Assembly: GCA_965603825.1 (NCBI GenBank)
Contig: CBFDEM010000018.1
Location: 310,001-374,000, forward strand
DNA from: Blepharisma stoltei ATCC 30299
Lineage: Eukaryota; Protista; Ciliophora
Length of the DNA: 64,000 bases
Reading direction: 5' to 3'
Part shown: positions 1-10,757 of the stretch, in pieces
Layout of the letters: each line of letters begins with the position of its first letter
Numbering within the stretch: position 1 is the first letter of the stretch
Translations under genes and position numbers: made by a program
Notes under the pieces: generated by a model
What the model was told of the DNA's origin: nothing
Databases searched by the model: none
What the model saw: only the letters and a program-made list of their open reading frames with translations

Positions 1-387
1 CTTCTTTATGCGATTTATAAACTAGAAAATGATGGCAGACTTAAGGAAGACGATAAAAAGAAACTAAAGCACATGGTCATTTCACAAGATGAAAGAGTCA
101 TGAGACTCATTGATCAATATAAAGAAAATCAAAGCCAAGTCAGCTTATTCCAAGATATTCTTAAAATTGTAAAGCCAATAAGGCAAAAGCCTGAAACTGT
201 GGCTATTCCTTCTCGAGATTTCACCAATGAAGACAGCAGCCCGCTTGGGAAGTTTCTGCATGAACAGAAGAAGAGGCAATCCAAGAATGAGGGATTAGCT
301 TTATCGCTTCATAAAATGAGTGATGAAGTTGAAATATCTCCAAAAGAAGAAATGCCTATGAGAGAAATGCATCTGAATTTTATGTAA
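1..387 (+). CDS. Hypothetical protein, 5'-truncated by the window edge
   Basis: Frame is open from position 1 to TAA at 385-387; no recognisable domain. Confidence 0.65.
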   Translation, partial: LLYAIYKLENDGRLKEDDKKKLKHMVISQDERVMRLIDQYKENQSQVSLFQDILKIVKPIRQKPETVAIPSRDFTNEDSSPLGKFLHEQKKRQSKNEGLALSLHKMSDEVEISPKEEMPMREMHLNFM

Positions 388-451
388 ATTCAGTTCTAGA
401 TTATTTAAAAAATTGTTAAAAAAATAACAGGGATTTCTTAAATTTTTTATT

Positions 452-1363
452 TTAATTTATGTGTCCTACTTGGAATTCCCCTGATTCATTGGCTTCAGCA
501 GCAATTTCCCATTGTCCATTCTCGTTTTCATGAGCTATACGAGTGATAAGGTCAGCTGACGAGATTCCTAATAAATTTCCTTCATTTCATGAAATTTTCA
601 AAACTGGTACTTTTATGCTAAAAATAATTTCTGAATCCCAGCTTTCATTACTTGATGTTCATAAAATTACATTTCCATCTTCACCTGCGCTGATAATCCT
701 ATACCCATAAAATGGCTTATACGGCAGTGCTGCTACATCTCGTACGCATCCAGAATGTTTTAATAGTTCATCAAAATGTAAATTTTCTTCATCCCATTTC
801 CATACTTTTACAATCCCATCTGCTCCTCCTGTCACAAATCTTTTCTGCATTTCTATGGTGTCAAGAATACTTTGTGACACAGAAGGAAGCCAAAATACAG
901 AAGATACACCTCCTTCATGAGCCATTAGCTTTGTTGACTCCCATCTATCATCTAATAGTCAGGTTATAAGTGAAATGCACCCATCTGCAGATCCTGCAAG
1001 CAAAACAAGCCCAAATTCATAAGGTGCCCAATCCAAAGATGTAATTGGAGCTTGGTGTTCTTCATATTCATATATAAGTGTCCATTTATTTTGAGCAGCT
1101 TCTTTTCATATAGCTACCTTTCTGTCTCCGCTTCCTGAAGCTAAAAGATTGCCAAACTGTGGGTGAGACCAAGATAGAGAAGTTACAGTAGCTTGATGAT
1201 AATTAATTTCAGAAATTTTATGCGCATTGTTATCCTCAATAAGGAAAACAGAAATTTTCCCATCTGAGCCACACGTAGCAAAGCGCCTTCCATAATAATC
1301 GAATTTTGTATCAAGAATCGCCCCTTCATGAGATGTTGCTACAGATGTTTTTGGAAAAGCCAT
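452..1363 (-). CDS. SEC13: Sec13 WD40 protein (COPII / nuclear pore), 303 aa
   Basis: ORFs 1106..1363 and 659..925 join through TGA=Trp (1108, 961, 661, 589), e.g. KVAI-W, NVIL-W, KIS-W. Motifs DYYGRRFATCGSDG, WSHPQFGNLLASGSGD, FVTGGADG. Ends TAA at 452. Confidence 0.93.
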
Positions 1364-1371
1364 ATAAAAAT

Positions 1372-2181
1372 TTATCTTAATCTATCATAATTAGGGTTAT
1401 CGAAGTACCTTTTGAAGTGCTCGTACAGGTTTATATAAATATTGACTCCTAGCACCAATCTTCCAAGCCTAGGCCAAAGTCCATGTGTAAGGGTATGGAT
1501 GCCTTCGCGCTTCACAATCAGCTTGATCCCGCTAAAAGGAATTTTTTCTAAATGACTGTAGCAGCAATTTCTTGTTTGAAGTTTGGTTTTTATTACGTCA
1601 AAAGGATGAGTAATAAGAGCAGCAATTATCGCTCCTGTTGTGCAGCTTAAAGTTCTTGATATGTTAGGATGTGTGTCTTTATATTTTTTATGAATATTCT
1701 CCATGGTCATGAAAAAGGTTCCTGAGAACAATACGTCTCTGAGTAAAGTTACTCGAAGTCCTGAAAAGCCAGAAAAACTAAAAGTGAGTTGTCCTGAGCC
1801 TGTTCCCATTAAAGAGGTCTTAAATCTCTCAATTGGAGAAGACACAATTACAGCTGTAAGTTTTGATAGCATTGCAGATAATCCAGCACCAAGTGATCCA
1901 AATCAGTCATCTAATGGCGGTCGAAGTACTTCATAGAGCGAATAATGAACAATGTTGATGCTCAGCATAGAAACTAGTGATGGTGAGAGACCTCGCCATA
2001 GACTAGTAATCCCTCGATGAGAAATTATTTGCTCAATTGAGTTTTTTACAGATAATCTCTTAAATGATCCTATCTGAGTGTTCTTAATTACGTCTAATGG
2101 ACAAAGAACTGTAGCATAAACGGCAGATGAAATGCAAGTTGACGCAATTATCGCTATTTTATTTTCACTTCTTTCAGTCAT
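1372..2181 (-). CDS. Mitochondrial carrier (SLC25A39/40, Mtm1-like)
   Basis: Three PX[DE]XX[KR] motifs (PLDVIK, PIERFK, PFDVIK); two ORFs joined by TGA at 1903-1905. Confidence 0.88.
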
Positions 2182-2770
2182 TTAATATTACTTAAATTTT
2201 AATGACTGGACAATAATTAAAATGAAGTTGCAAAAGTTAAGCAAATTAGCTAAAATAATCAGAAAATAATTTGTAATTATTTAGAGGCTATTATAAATAT
2301 TTAATAATGATCCTCAACAGAGTTATGAGAGATCATAGTAGTGATCCTACCAAAAAAATAATTTAATTCTTATGATAACTTTAATAATGCTCATAGCTCA
2401 TAAAATGGATCGAAAGATAATTTAAAACCATAAAAATCTTTGATTGAGATGAAAAATAAAATTAATCCTTCACAATTATGATTAAAAGATCTTTAAACAC
2501 AACGCGGCTTAAGATTTATATATATTTCTGTTTTTGCCTAGTCGATTAGTTTTTAAAAGTAAGGAGCATTGAAAATCTGATTTTTTCCTGGAGGTTTTCT
2601 TTAATTTAGGGTATTAGTGCAATAAATAAAGATAAGCCCAATATGATTAAATATTTTGAGAAGTATAAATAATATTTTTAGAAATTCGAAAGTAAACTGT
2701 TGAATTTACTTGCTAGCAGAAAATGACTTAAATCATTGAGCATTTAACTTCTTTAAAATATCTAATAAAA

Positions 2771-3481
2771 ATGTTGGGCAGACTTAAAAGAATGGTCTTT
2801 ACGAATCGCGTAATAATTATTGGTGGCAACGGAGCACTCGGAAAGCATATGGTTGATACATTCAAGACAGATTGGAATGTGACTAACATTGATCTTGCTG
2901 AAAATCCAAATGCAAATAAAAATATTCTCTTAAAAGAATGCTCTTTCGAAAATTATAGCCAACACTGCAAGAAAAGTCTTTCAGGGACTTACGAAGCAAT
3001 TATATGTGTAGCTGGCACATGGGCAACTGGAGGAATTTCCAACATTGAAATTTTTTCTCAAATCCAAAAACTAATTGATGGCAGCTTAGAACCCGCTATT
3101 TTAGCTTCACATCTAGCAGCTGATCATTTAAATGATAGTGGCTTGCTAGTTTTTACAGGAGCGTTTAGACCGTTTAAAAATACTTATCCAGAAAATCTTG
3201 CATTTACATTAATGAAAAATGCAACTCATAGCTTGGCTTTGAATATGGCTGTAAGGGACAAAATTTCGCCGTTGGCAACTGTAACAACAATTTTGCCAGA
3301 CATTTTGGACACTAGAGTAAATAGAGAAGCTATGCCAGGGGAAAATAGAGCAAACTGAATTGATCCAGGAAAAGTTGCTGAGCTCGTTAAAAGCTGGGCA
3401 AATGGGAAAAATATGCCTACAAATGGAAGTTTTGCGGAATTGAAAATGATGAATGGGAAACTTATTCCTGAATTTATTTAA
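2771..3481 (+). CDS. QDPR: Dihydropteridine reductase-like SDR
   Basis: IIGGNGALG Rossmann motif, ICVAGTWATG, ILPDILDTRVNREAMP; TGA at 3356 falls at the conserved W after MPxxxxxx; extends to TAA 3479-3481. Confidence 0.85.
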
Positions 3482-3697
3482 CGAGAATAATTAGATAGCT
3501 AATCTAAAGCAATGTTCTTATCTATTATTCGTTTTTAATAGTGATAGGCGATATAATTTTTTTTTAACTCAACAAGACTCAAACCTTTATTTTCTTGAAA
3601 TTTCCAATAGCGGTCTCATTCTATAGTTTCCACAATTACCTTTTACAGCCAAAAATTGATACTAAACTCCATTTTTCTGTCCACGTGGTTATATAAA

Positions 3698-5122
3698 ATG
3701 AGTGAAAAAGTTCGATTCCTGACTCTAATCCGCCCTCTTATGTGTGTGCTTCCAGAAGTCAGCAACCCCATGAGAAGAGTGCAATTCCGAGATAAGCTTG
3801 TATGGACTGCAATCACCTTATTTATCTATCTAGTCTGCTGTCAAATTCCTTTATTCGGTATCTCCACTTCAAGCAATGCAGATCCACTCTATTGGGTTAG
3901 AGTAATTATGGCTAGTAATAGAGGAACTTTAATGGAATTAGGGATTTCCCCAATTGTCACGTCCAGCATGATCATGCAGCTTCTCGCAGGATCAAAAATC
4001 ATTGACGTCGACCAAAGCCTGAAAGAAGACAGGGCACTATTCCAAGGCGCCCAAAAACTCTTTGGGATGCTCATCACAATTGGAGAAGCTGTAGCCTACG
4101 TTGTTAGTGGAATGTATGGGAATATTTCAGACATTGGAGCAACGACTGCAATTTTGATCATTATTCAGCTGTTTTTGGCAGGAGTTATCGTTATTATTTT
4201 AGATGAATTTTTACAGAAAGGGTATGGACTTGGCTCAGGGATTTCTTTATTTATAGCTACAAATATATGTGAGAATATCGTATGGAGAGCGTTTAGCCCC
4301 ACCACAATTACAACATCTAGAGGAATGGAGTTTGAAGGAGCAATTATCGCTTTATTCCACCTCTTGATAACCAGAACTAATAAAATCCAAGCTCTAAAAG
4401 AAGCTTTTTACAGATCCAATGCCCCAAATATCATGAATTTACTTGCAACAGTCTTTATTTTCTTAGTCGTAATCTATTTCCAAGGCTTCAAAGTAGATTT
4501 GAGCATCCGCTCATCAAAAGTTAGAGGACACCAAGGCACTTATCCGATAAAGCTTTTCTACACTTCAAACATCCCTATTATACTGCAGACAGCCTTAGTA
4601 TCAAACCTTTATTTCTTCTCACAAATTCTTTATCGTAGATATAGAACTTACACCTTGGTTTGGCTTCTTGGACAATGGCAAGACTTAGATCAAGGATACT
4701 CAATCCCTGTAGGTGGACTTGCCTATTATATTTCTCCACCGAGAGAGTTTGGAGATATTGCAGCTGACCCAATTCATGCCTTAGTTTATGTCATTTTTGT
4801 CCTGTCCTCTTGTGCATTGTTCTCAAAGACTTGGATTGAAGTAAGTGGAAGCTCTGCAAGAGATGTAGCAAAACAGCTGAGAGACCAACAAATGTTTTTA
4901 GAAGGACACAGATATGAAAGTATGGTGAAAACATTGAACAGATATATACCAAATGCTGCAGCTTTTGGAGGAATGTGCATTGGAGCACTTACTATTGTGG
5001 CAGATTTACTGGGAGCTATTGGATCTGGGACAGGAATTTTGTTGGCTGTCACTATTATTTATCAATATTTTGAAGCTTTCTATAAAGAGAAACAGGAATC
5101 AGGCGGAGTCTTTCTATTTTAA
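3698..5122 (+). CDS. SEC61A: Sec61 translocon alpha subunit
   Basis: Highly conserved sequence ([51 protein letters not shown]); the ATG start is at 3698, not the TTG at 3656. Confidence 0.97.
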   Translation: MSEKVRFLTLIRPLMCVLPEVSNPMRRVQFRDKLVWTAITLFIYLVCCQIPLFGISTSSNADPLYWVRVIMASNRGTLMELGISPIVTSSMIMQLLAGSKIIDVDQSLKEDRALFQGAQKLFGMLITIGEAVAYVVSGMYGNISDIGATTAILIIIQLFLAGVIVIILDEFLQKGYGLGSGISLFIATNICENIVWRAFSPTTITTSRGMEFEGAIIALFHLLITRTNKIQALKEAFYRSNAPNIMNLLATVFIFLVVIYFQGFKVDLSIRSSKVRGHQGTYPIKLFYTSNIPIILQTALVSNLYFFSQILYRRYRTYTLVWLLGQWQDLDQGYSIPVGGLAYYISPPREFGDIAADPIHALVYVIFVLSSCALFSKTWIEVSGSSARDVAKQLRDQQMFLEGHRYESMVKTLNRYIPNAAAFGGMCIGALTIVADLLGAIGSGTGILLAVTIIYQYFEAFYKEKQESGGVFLF

Positions 5123-5256
5123 ATAAATGCTAGGTTAGATAATATCAAAAAAATGTATCCCGATAATTTTCTAATTTCTTTTAAGAAATTTATTAAAAAA
5201 ACAAATATTTATCTTATAAAATCATTAAAGTCTATTTACTGATAAACGAGTTATCT

Positions 5257-6843
5257 TTAGTTTGGATTCACTACAGATCCAACAGGTGCAAAGGAAGGAT
5301 ATTGCATCGAACCCATAGGAGCTGCGTTGAATTGGCGCATCTGAACTCCAATTGGCTGATTCAGCACAGGCTGGCTCATAATAGGCTGAATAAAGTTCTG
5401 AGGAGCAGGGGCATTTTGAGATGCTAACACCTCAAATTTCTTCGAATTCTTATAAAGTTTCTTAGCACAGCCAATATAACATCCACAAAGTCCTAGTGTG
5501 CAAATAATATTTATGATCGTGCATGCAACAATCATAGACTCAAATGAGTAATGTTCACCATTATGCTCTTCTCCATCATTATAATCTTCTGATTCTTCTG
5601 TTTCATGATTTTCAGCATGCTCTTCTCCTTGGCTAGATTCAGACTCTGAGGTTTCTTCTCCTTGATGGTGTTTTCCTTTTTCTTTATCACCTTTATGGCA
5701 ACCTCCTTTATGGTGATTTTTTCCTTCTTCTCTATTGTGGTGGCTTCTTTCATGCTCTTCTTCTTTTTCATGATTAGCATTTCCATCTACTTCATCATTT
5801 TGCTCACTGTGATGTTTTTCTTTATGATCTTTTTTTCTATGGTGGTCATGCTCTCTTTCCTCTTCGCCATTATCTTCATTTTGATGATGCTTTTTCTTAT
5901 GGCCTTCATCACCAACTTCTTCATCGTGATGGTGCTTTTTCTTATGATCTTTTTCTTTTTCTTCATCTTGATGATGTCTATTTCCATGCTCCCTATGCTC
6001 TTCTCCATTAGGTAGATTTTCATCGTTTTCATTAGAATTCTGAGGATGCTTATGGCAAGGTGGTCGATGAGCATCTTTTTGAGGATCTTCTGGAGGAGAT
6101 GGGAAATTTTCAGCTTCATGCGGAGGTACTGAGCCTTCTTCTCCTTCATGGCTTGGAGGTGGAATATGGCTTTCTTGGATTTTGTTTTCAAAATTTTCCT
6201 CATTAGAATTTTCATTGCTTGATGGCTCATATGGATCTGACGAGTTATTTTCATCATAAGGCTCATCGTTACCCTCATAATAGTCTGGTTCCCAATTATT
6301 GTCTTTTGCGCCTTTAACTTCATTGACAAGAATAAAGCCATAAACTAGATTAGCAACAATTAAGAAAATCGCAAGGAACATCAAGGCTCTTAAGTATTTC
6401 CTTGCTGATACAGAGTCTTTTTTCCTGCTAGCTTTCAAGCCAAGCATTGATGCGCCTATTAAGGCTGTATCGGCAATTACTTTAACGATAATATCGCAAG
6501 TTGAAATTTTGATTTGATATTGGTGTGATTCATAATGTTCGTCTTGGCTAGCATATGAGTACAATCCTACAGAAATATCCAATATCCCTACAATAAGCAT
6601 CAAGTATGATGCGACTTTCACCCATTTAGCCCATTTGTCACGTAGTTTCTTAGTTTCATAGAGTTCTGGGTTCATTACTGGAGCTGAAATTGGGGCGAAT
6701 TGCATTTGCTGCATTGGTTGAATAGGAACTGGTAGATTTGGAAGAGGTCCTAGAGGAGCATACTGAAATCTTCCATCAGGGGCTTGCTGAATGTAATTTT
6801 GGGGCTGCGGCCTGGCAAAGTATTGCCTTTCCTGGTTTTCCAT
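5257..6843 (-). CDS. Four-TM membrane protein with a very long His/Glu/Asp-rich loop and Pro/Gln-rich tails
   Basis: ATG at 6843 (MENQ...); three hydrophobic helices, about 260 aa of charged loop, then a fourth Cys-rich helix. Confidence 0.8.
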   Translation of the reverse strand: MENQERQYFARPQPQNYIQQAPDGRFQYAPLGPLPNLPVPIQPMQQMQFAPISAPVMNPELYETKKLRDKWAKWVKVASYLMLIVGILDISVGLYSYASQDEHYESHQYQIKISTCDIIVKVIADTALIGASMLGLKASRKKDSVSARKYLRALMFLAIFLIVANLVYGFILVNEVKGAKDNNWEPDYYEGNDEPYDENNSSDPYEPSSNENSNEENFENKIQESHIPPPSHEGEEGSVPPHEAENFPSPPEDPQKDAHRPPCHKHPQNSNENDENLPNGEEHREHGNRHHQDEEKEKDHKKKHHHDEEVGDEGHKKKHHQNEDNGEEEREHDHHRKKDHKEKHHSEQNDEVDGNANHEKEEEHERSHHNREEGKNHHKGGCHKGDKEKGKHHQGEETSESESSQGEEHAENHETEESEDYNDGEEHNGEHYSFESMIVACTIINIICTLGLCGCYIGCAKKLYKNSKKFEVLASQNAPAPQNFIQPIMSQPVLNQPIGVQMRQFNAAPMGSMQYPSFAPVGSVVNPN

Positions 6844-7331
6844 ATCGTAAAAGGTATTATTATTAATCAACAATTTTCGAGGGTTTAAATGACTATCAAT
6901 TAAAAAATACACAGGAAAATGCATAGCATGACTGAAATCGGGATCTGAAGTCACTTATCAAAACATTTTTGGGTTTATTACTGAAAGAAAAAAATGTAAC
7001 GTCAAGTAGCCTTGAAATATGGCTTATTGTTATTACTTGTGAGGATAAGTGCAAAATTATATAAACTTTTATAATTTATGAATTATTGAAAAAGATTTTC
7101 TTATGAAAATCTAAATTAATAAACATTCTATGATCGAATTTTATTATTATTTAGTCTTGTTTTAGTTTGCCGTATATGCATATTTATTTATTTAATGCAT
7201 AAATGCTATTTTTAATTATCTAGTAAAGATATTTTCTATATTTAGTACTAGAATTTCTTCTAAACAATCATAATTTTCTAACATTTTAATTATTATTTTC
7301 TACTTATACTAGGAGATTTGTACAAACAGAA

Positions 7332-8156
7332 ATGTCAAACAATGAATTTTCACGAGGTCTTACTGAAAAACGCCATCTCTATACACCAATTCATCGAAGA
7401 ACCCACTCTACTAACATAGAAACAGTAAAAGGAATCGCATCTGTGCAAAGTCATCGTCGAACTTTATCAAACACAGCACAAGAATTTACTCCGATTCAAA
7501 ACCCTCAGCCAATCAAAAATTCATTTCGCCCACTTCTAAATATCGAGCCAGCTCGAGAGCCCCTAACCCCAGATTCATTAAATTCTCCTGCTTCTTCTGC
7601 ATCAAGCCAGCATATAAAAAGTAACAAAAAAGGATTCACAGGACTTTTAGATGCAGCGATTAGCTATTTTAGCCATGAACCTCAATTGGTTATTCAACCT
7701 CCTTCAAATGAGATTAACGAGATGAAAAAAGAAATCCGGCGATTGACTGAAAAGCAGCTGGAAACAGAAAAAACCAATGAAAAGCTATTAAACGATTGCT
7801 CAATAATGAAAATGGCGCTTGAAGAACAGAAAGCTAAAAAAGAAAATTATGAAAAGCATATTCAATCATTGCAAGGCTATACCCAAGAGCTGGAAAACGC
7901 AATTAAAAAACTCCAGGCTGAGCTGAAAAATGAGCAAAAAAGAAATGAACAGTTGAGAATGACTATTGTGACAAATGAAAGCCAAGGGAATGAAAGAAAA
8001 TTGATTGGAAGAGAAATTTATGAAGATGATACCAAAAAAAGAGGAAAAGAAGAAAGCTTGAGAGTGGATAAACCTTCACCCACTCCAATTATGTATAAGC
8101 CGATTTCTCAAAGGGGGATGAAAGAAGAGAAAAGAAGATCAATGGGCTTCACTTAA
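7332..8156 (+). CDS. Hypothetical coiled-coil protein
   Basis: 274-aa ATG..TAA ORF with a heptad-rich E/K/Q segment. Confidence 0.75.
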   Translation: MSNNEFSRGLTEKRHLYTPIHRRTHSTNIETVKGIASVQSHRRTLSNTAQEFTPIQNPQPIKNSFRPLLNIEPAREPLTPDSLNSPASSASSQHIKSNKKGFTGLLDAAISYFSHEPQLVIQPPSNEINEMKKEIRRLTEKQLETEKTNEKLLNDCSIMKMALEEQKAKKENYEKHIQSLQGYTQELENAIKKLQAELKNEQKRNEQLRMTIVTNESQGNERKLIGREIYEDDTKKRGKEESLRVDKPSPTPIMYKPISQRGMKEEKRRSMGFT

Positions 8157-8283
8157 TTTTCATAATATTAATATGTCACTATTTATTCTAGTAAAATATT
8201 TTTATTAAACAATATTGTGATAGGTAGAACTAATAAATATCTGCCATATCATTTTTAAAATAAATTTAAAATACTATCCTTAC

Positions 8284-8934
8284 TTAACAGCAAACTGTGT
8301 AGTTTGAAAATCTTCTATTGTAATTTGATAGCAGAAGCCTTATTTCTGGGTTTGAAGTTAATTTCCTCGCTTTTGAAATATCTTTCTTCTTTCACTTTGA
8401 GAAATTCAATAAAACTTCTACAGCTTTTATATTTCCCCATCTGCACGCCACATCTAGACAGCTTTCCATTTCATTTCCATCCACTTGACTTTTAATCAAT
8501 GGATTTGCACCGAAATCCATTAATAATTTTATTATTTCAGGATATCCATTTAACGAAGCTTCATAAAGTGGCGTCTTTCCTGACACATTTCGTTTATTTA
8601 AAAATGAATTTTCATTTGTAGGACTAACAAGGAATTTTCTGGGGTCATTTGAGATAAGTTTTTCAATCGAAATTATATCAGATTTACTCCCTCGTCTTAT
8701 ATGGTCAAACAAGCTTTCTCTTCTTTTGTGATCTGAAATAGCTTCATATGAAGGGTTATATGAAATAACGCTAGAAGATGTTGTGCGACCAGGGCAACGA
8801 ATAATATCATTAATAAGGTCGTCAACATTCAAAACTACATTGACTTCTCCAGAGTCTTTGAATACATGTGCTGCACAAATTACAGTGCCGACAGATTTTC
8901 ACTTTCGTTTTGAGCAATTTTCGATTCTTTCCAT
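8284..8934 (-). CDS. Ankyrin-repeat protein, 216 aa, ending ...YTVCC
   Basis: GKTPLYEASLNGYPEIIKLLMDFGANP ankyrin repeat; extended at both ends through TGA=Trp to ATG 8934 and TAA 8284. Confidence 0.82.
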
Positions 8935-9077
8935 TAAATATTACCAAATCATTAAAATCTTGTTTTAACATTTTTTATTTTTGTTTTATTTAATTGCTGA
9001 TAAATATTTTTGATCAAAAATTTGGTAAACTGCTTTTAAGAATTGAAAAAAAATTATATAAATAAATTAAAATAGAT

Positions 9078-9911
9078 CTAAAGAGATTCATTGGGCTTGA
9101 TCGTCAACTGACAGAGTAGTGAGAGATGATCACTAGGATATTCTTGAGAAGGTAATCCTGTAGGTCCAATGCTTTCAAATGATGGTATATTTAATACTCT
9201 TGATATAGAAAAACCTCTAATTCATATATAATCAACTGTTTTTTTCTCAACTCTTTCTCTAATTTTATAAGTTGTGAAGTTAGGCTCTGATCCAAATATC
9301 ATATATGCACTTTGAAACTTCAGTTTTGTGTGACTATTTAAAATATTGTAAGTTTTACTTCCTGGAATACTGTTGAAGTCTCCACACAGAATTATTGGTA
9401 GTCTTCCTGCACATTTTTCAAGCTTGCTTAAGAGATAGCGAACCTGATTTGCCCTGTCTTCTTCATATTTTGATCTTGATTTCAAATGAGTTCCTACAAT
9501 CAAAAATTCGATAGCTCCAAAAGCCAATTTAATTACCAGGGCAAACTGGTTTGAGTTTGGAAAGTATCAGGATTCTTGAGATATCAATGTGAATTTCCTT
9601 CTGTTAAAAAGAATGCAAAGCCCATCGCGGTGCCATCCTCTTTTCTTTTTGAAAATTCCTTCAAATCCTATCTTATTGATCCATGGGACAATAAAATCAT
9701 CGTAGTGATCGATTTCACTGAGGCAATATATGTCAGCTTTTGATTCTTCAAGGTCATGCATTATCTGAGGAGCTCTGTAACCTCAGCTTAAGAATTGATC
9801 AGGGACAGAAGGAAAAAATCCAGATAATTGATCTGAAAGTGTATTCCATGTCATGACAGTAAAAAGTGGAGGAGTTGGCGCTACTTCAGTCAAAGTTCTA
9901 CCTAGGAGCAT
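9078..9911 (-). CDS. Nocturnin/CCR4-like EEP-family phosphatase, 277 aa
   Basis: MTWNTL, LS-W(TGA)-GYR, CLSEIDHY, GTHLKS, CGDFNS, TVDYI-W(TGA), YPSDH; three TGAs; ends TAG. Confidence 0.9.
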
Positions 9912-10757
9912 TTTATATCCATTTTGGTAAGTTACTGGATAAAAAACGATTTTTTATAAGAAGATGTTAACAAATAAACCCAGCAATATAAAAGCTTCTA
10001 TGGATTGAAGGTTTTCGTAATGCAGTTATTTATTTCTAAATATTTATAGCATTTTTAAACGAACTCTCAAAATAAACAAAATTTAGGATCTGGAAAATGA
10101 ATTTAATTAATCAGGAATTGTGCGAATATTTTTAATGAAATATATTATCACTAAAGCTATAAATGCTTCCTTAGTAAAACATAAATTTTGTTGGAAAAAA
10201 ATTGTTAGCCACTTTCCACTCTCTTCTGCGATGAAAACAATTATTTAGCTTATGTTGTAAATGAATATTGTTCCTTCAAACAAAGAAGCTATTGAAAGAA
10301 TTACTATTAGCTGTATCTCATTTGTTTTTAATTATTTAATAGTAGCAATTTTGATAATGAAAATAGAGATGCGAAAGCATCATTAAATTGTGTGGGTTAG
10401 CTTCAATATTATTCCACTTTATCTCCAAATTTTTTTTCAAAAGATATTAACATATGATTAAGAATCAAAATTTAAAACAAAAAATAGAAATACAAAAATG
10501 GCAGATTTTGACTGCTGTTTTTTGGAGATCAATAATCGTCAAAATTATATTTTTGAGTATTGTGAAAATTGAGATAAACCATTAGAATGCTTTAATAAAA
10601 CACAAGAAGTTTGCATAACAAAAAGAGCTTCAAATATGTATTAGTGTAGGAAAAAAGACTCCAAAATTTATAAGAGTGGAGCATAACCTATGCAAATAAT
10701 ATATTTTAATGCTTTTATAACTATTATATGAGGCTAATTGAGAACGAATAATTAAGA

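Noticed and set aside
9912-10757. Long intergenic region as a possible IES, mobile element or hidden gene
   Set aside because: No terminal repeats, no convincing ORF and no RNA motif found by eye; an IES cannot be tested without a MAC/MIC comparison.
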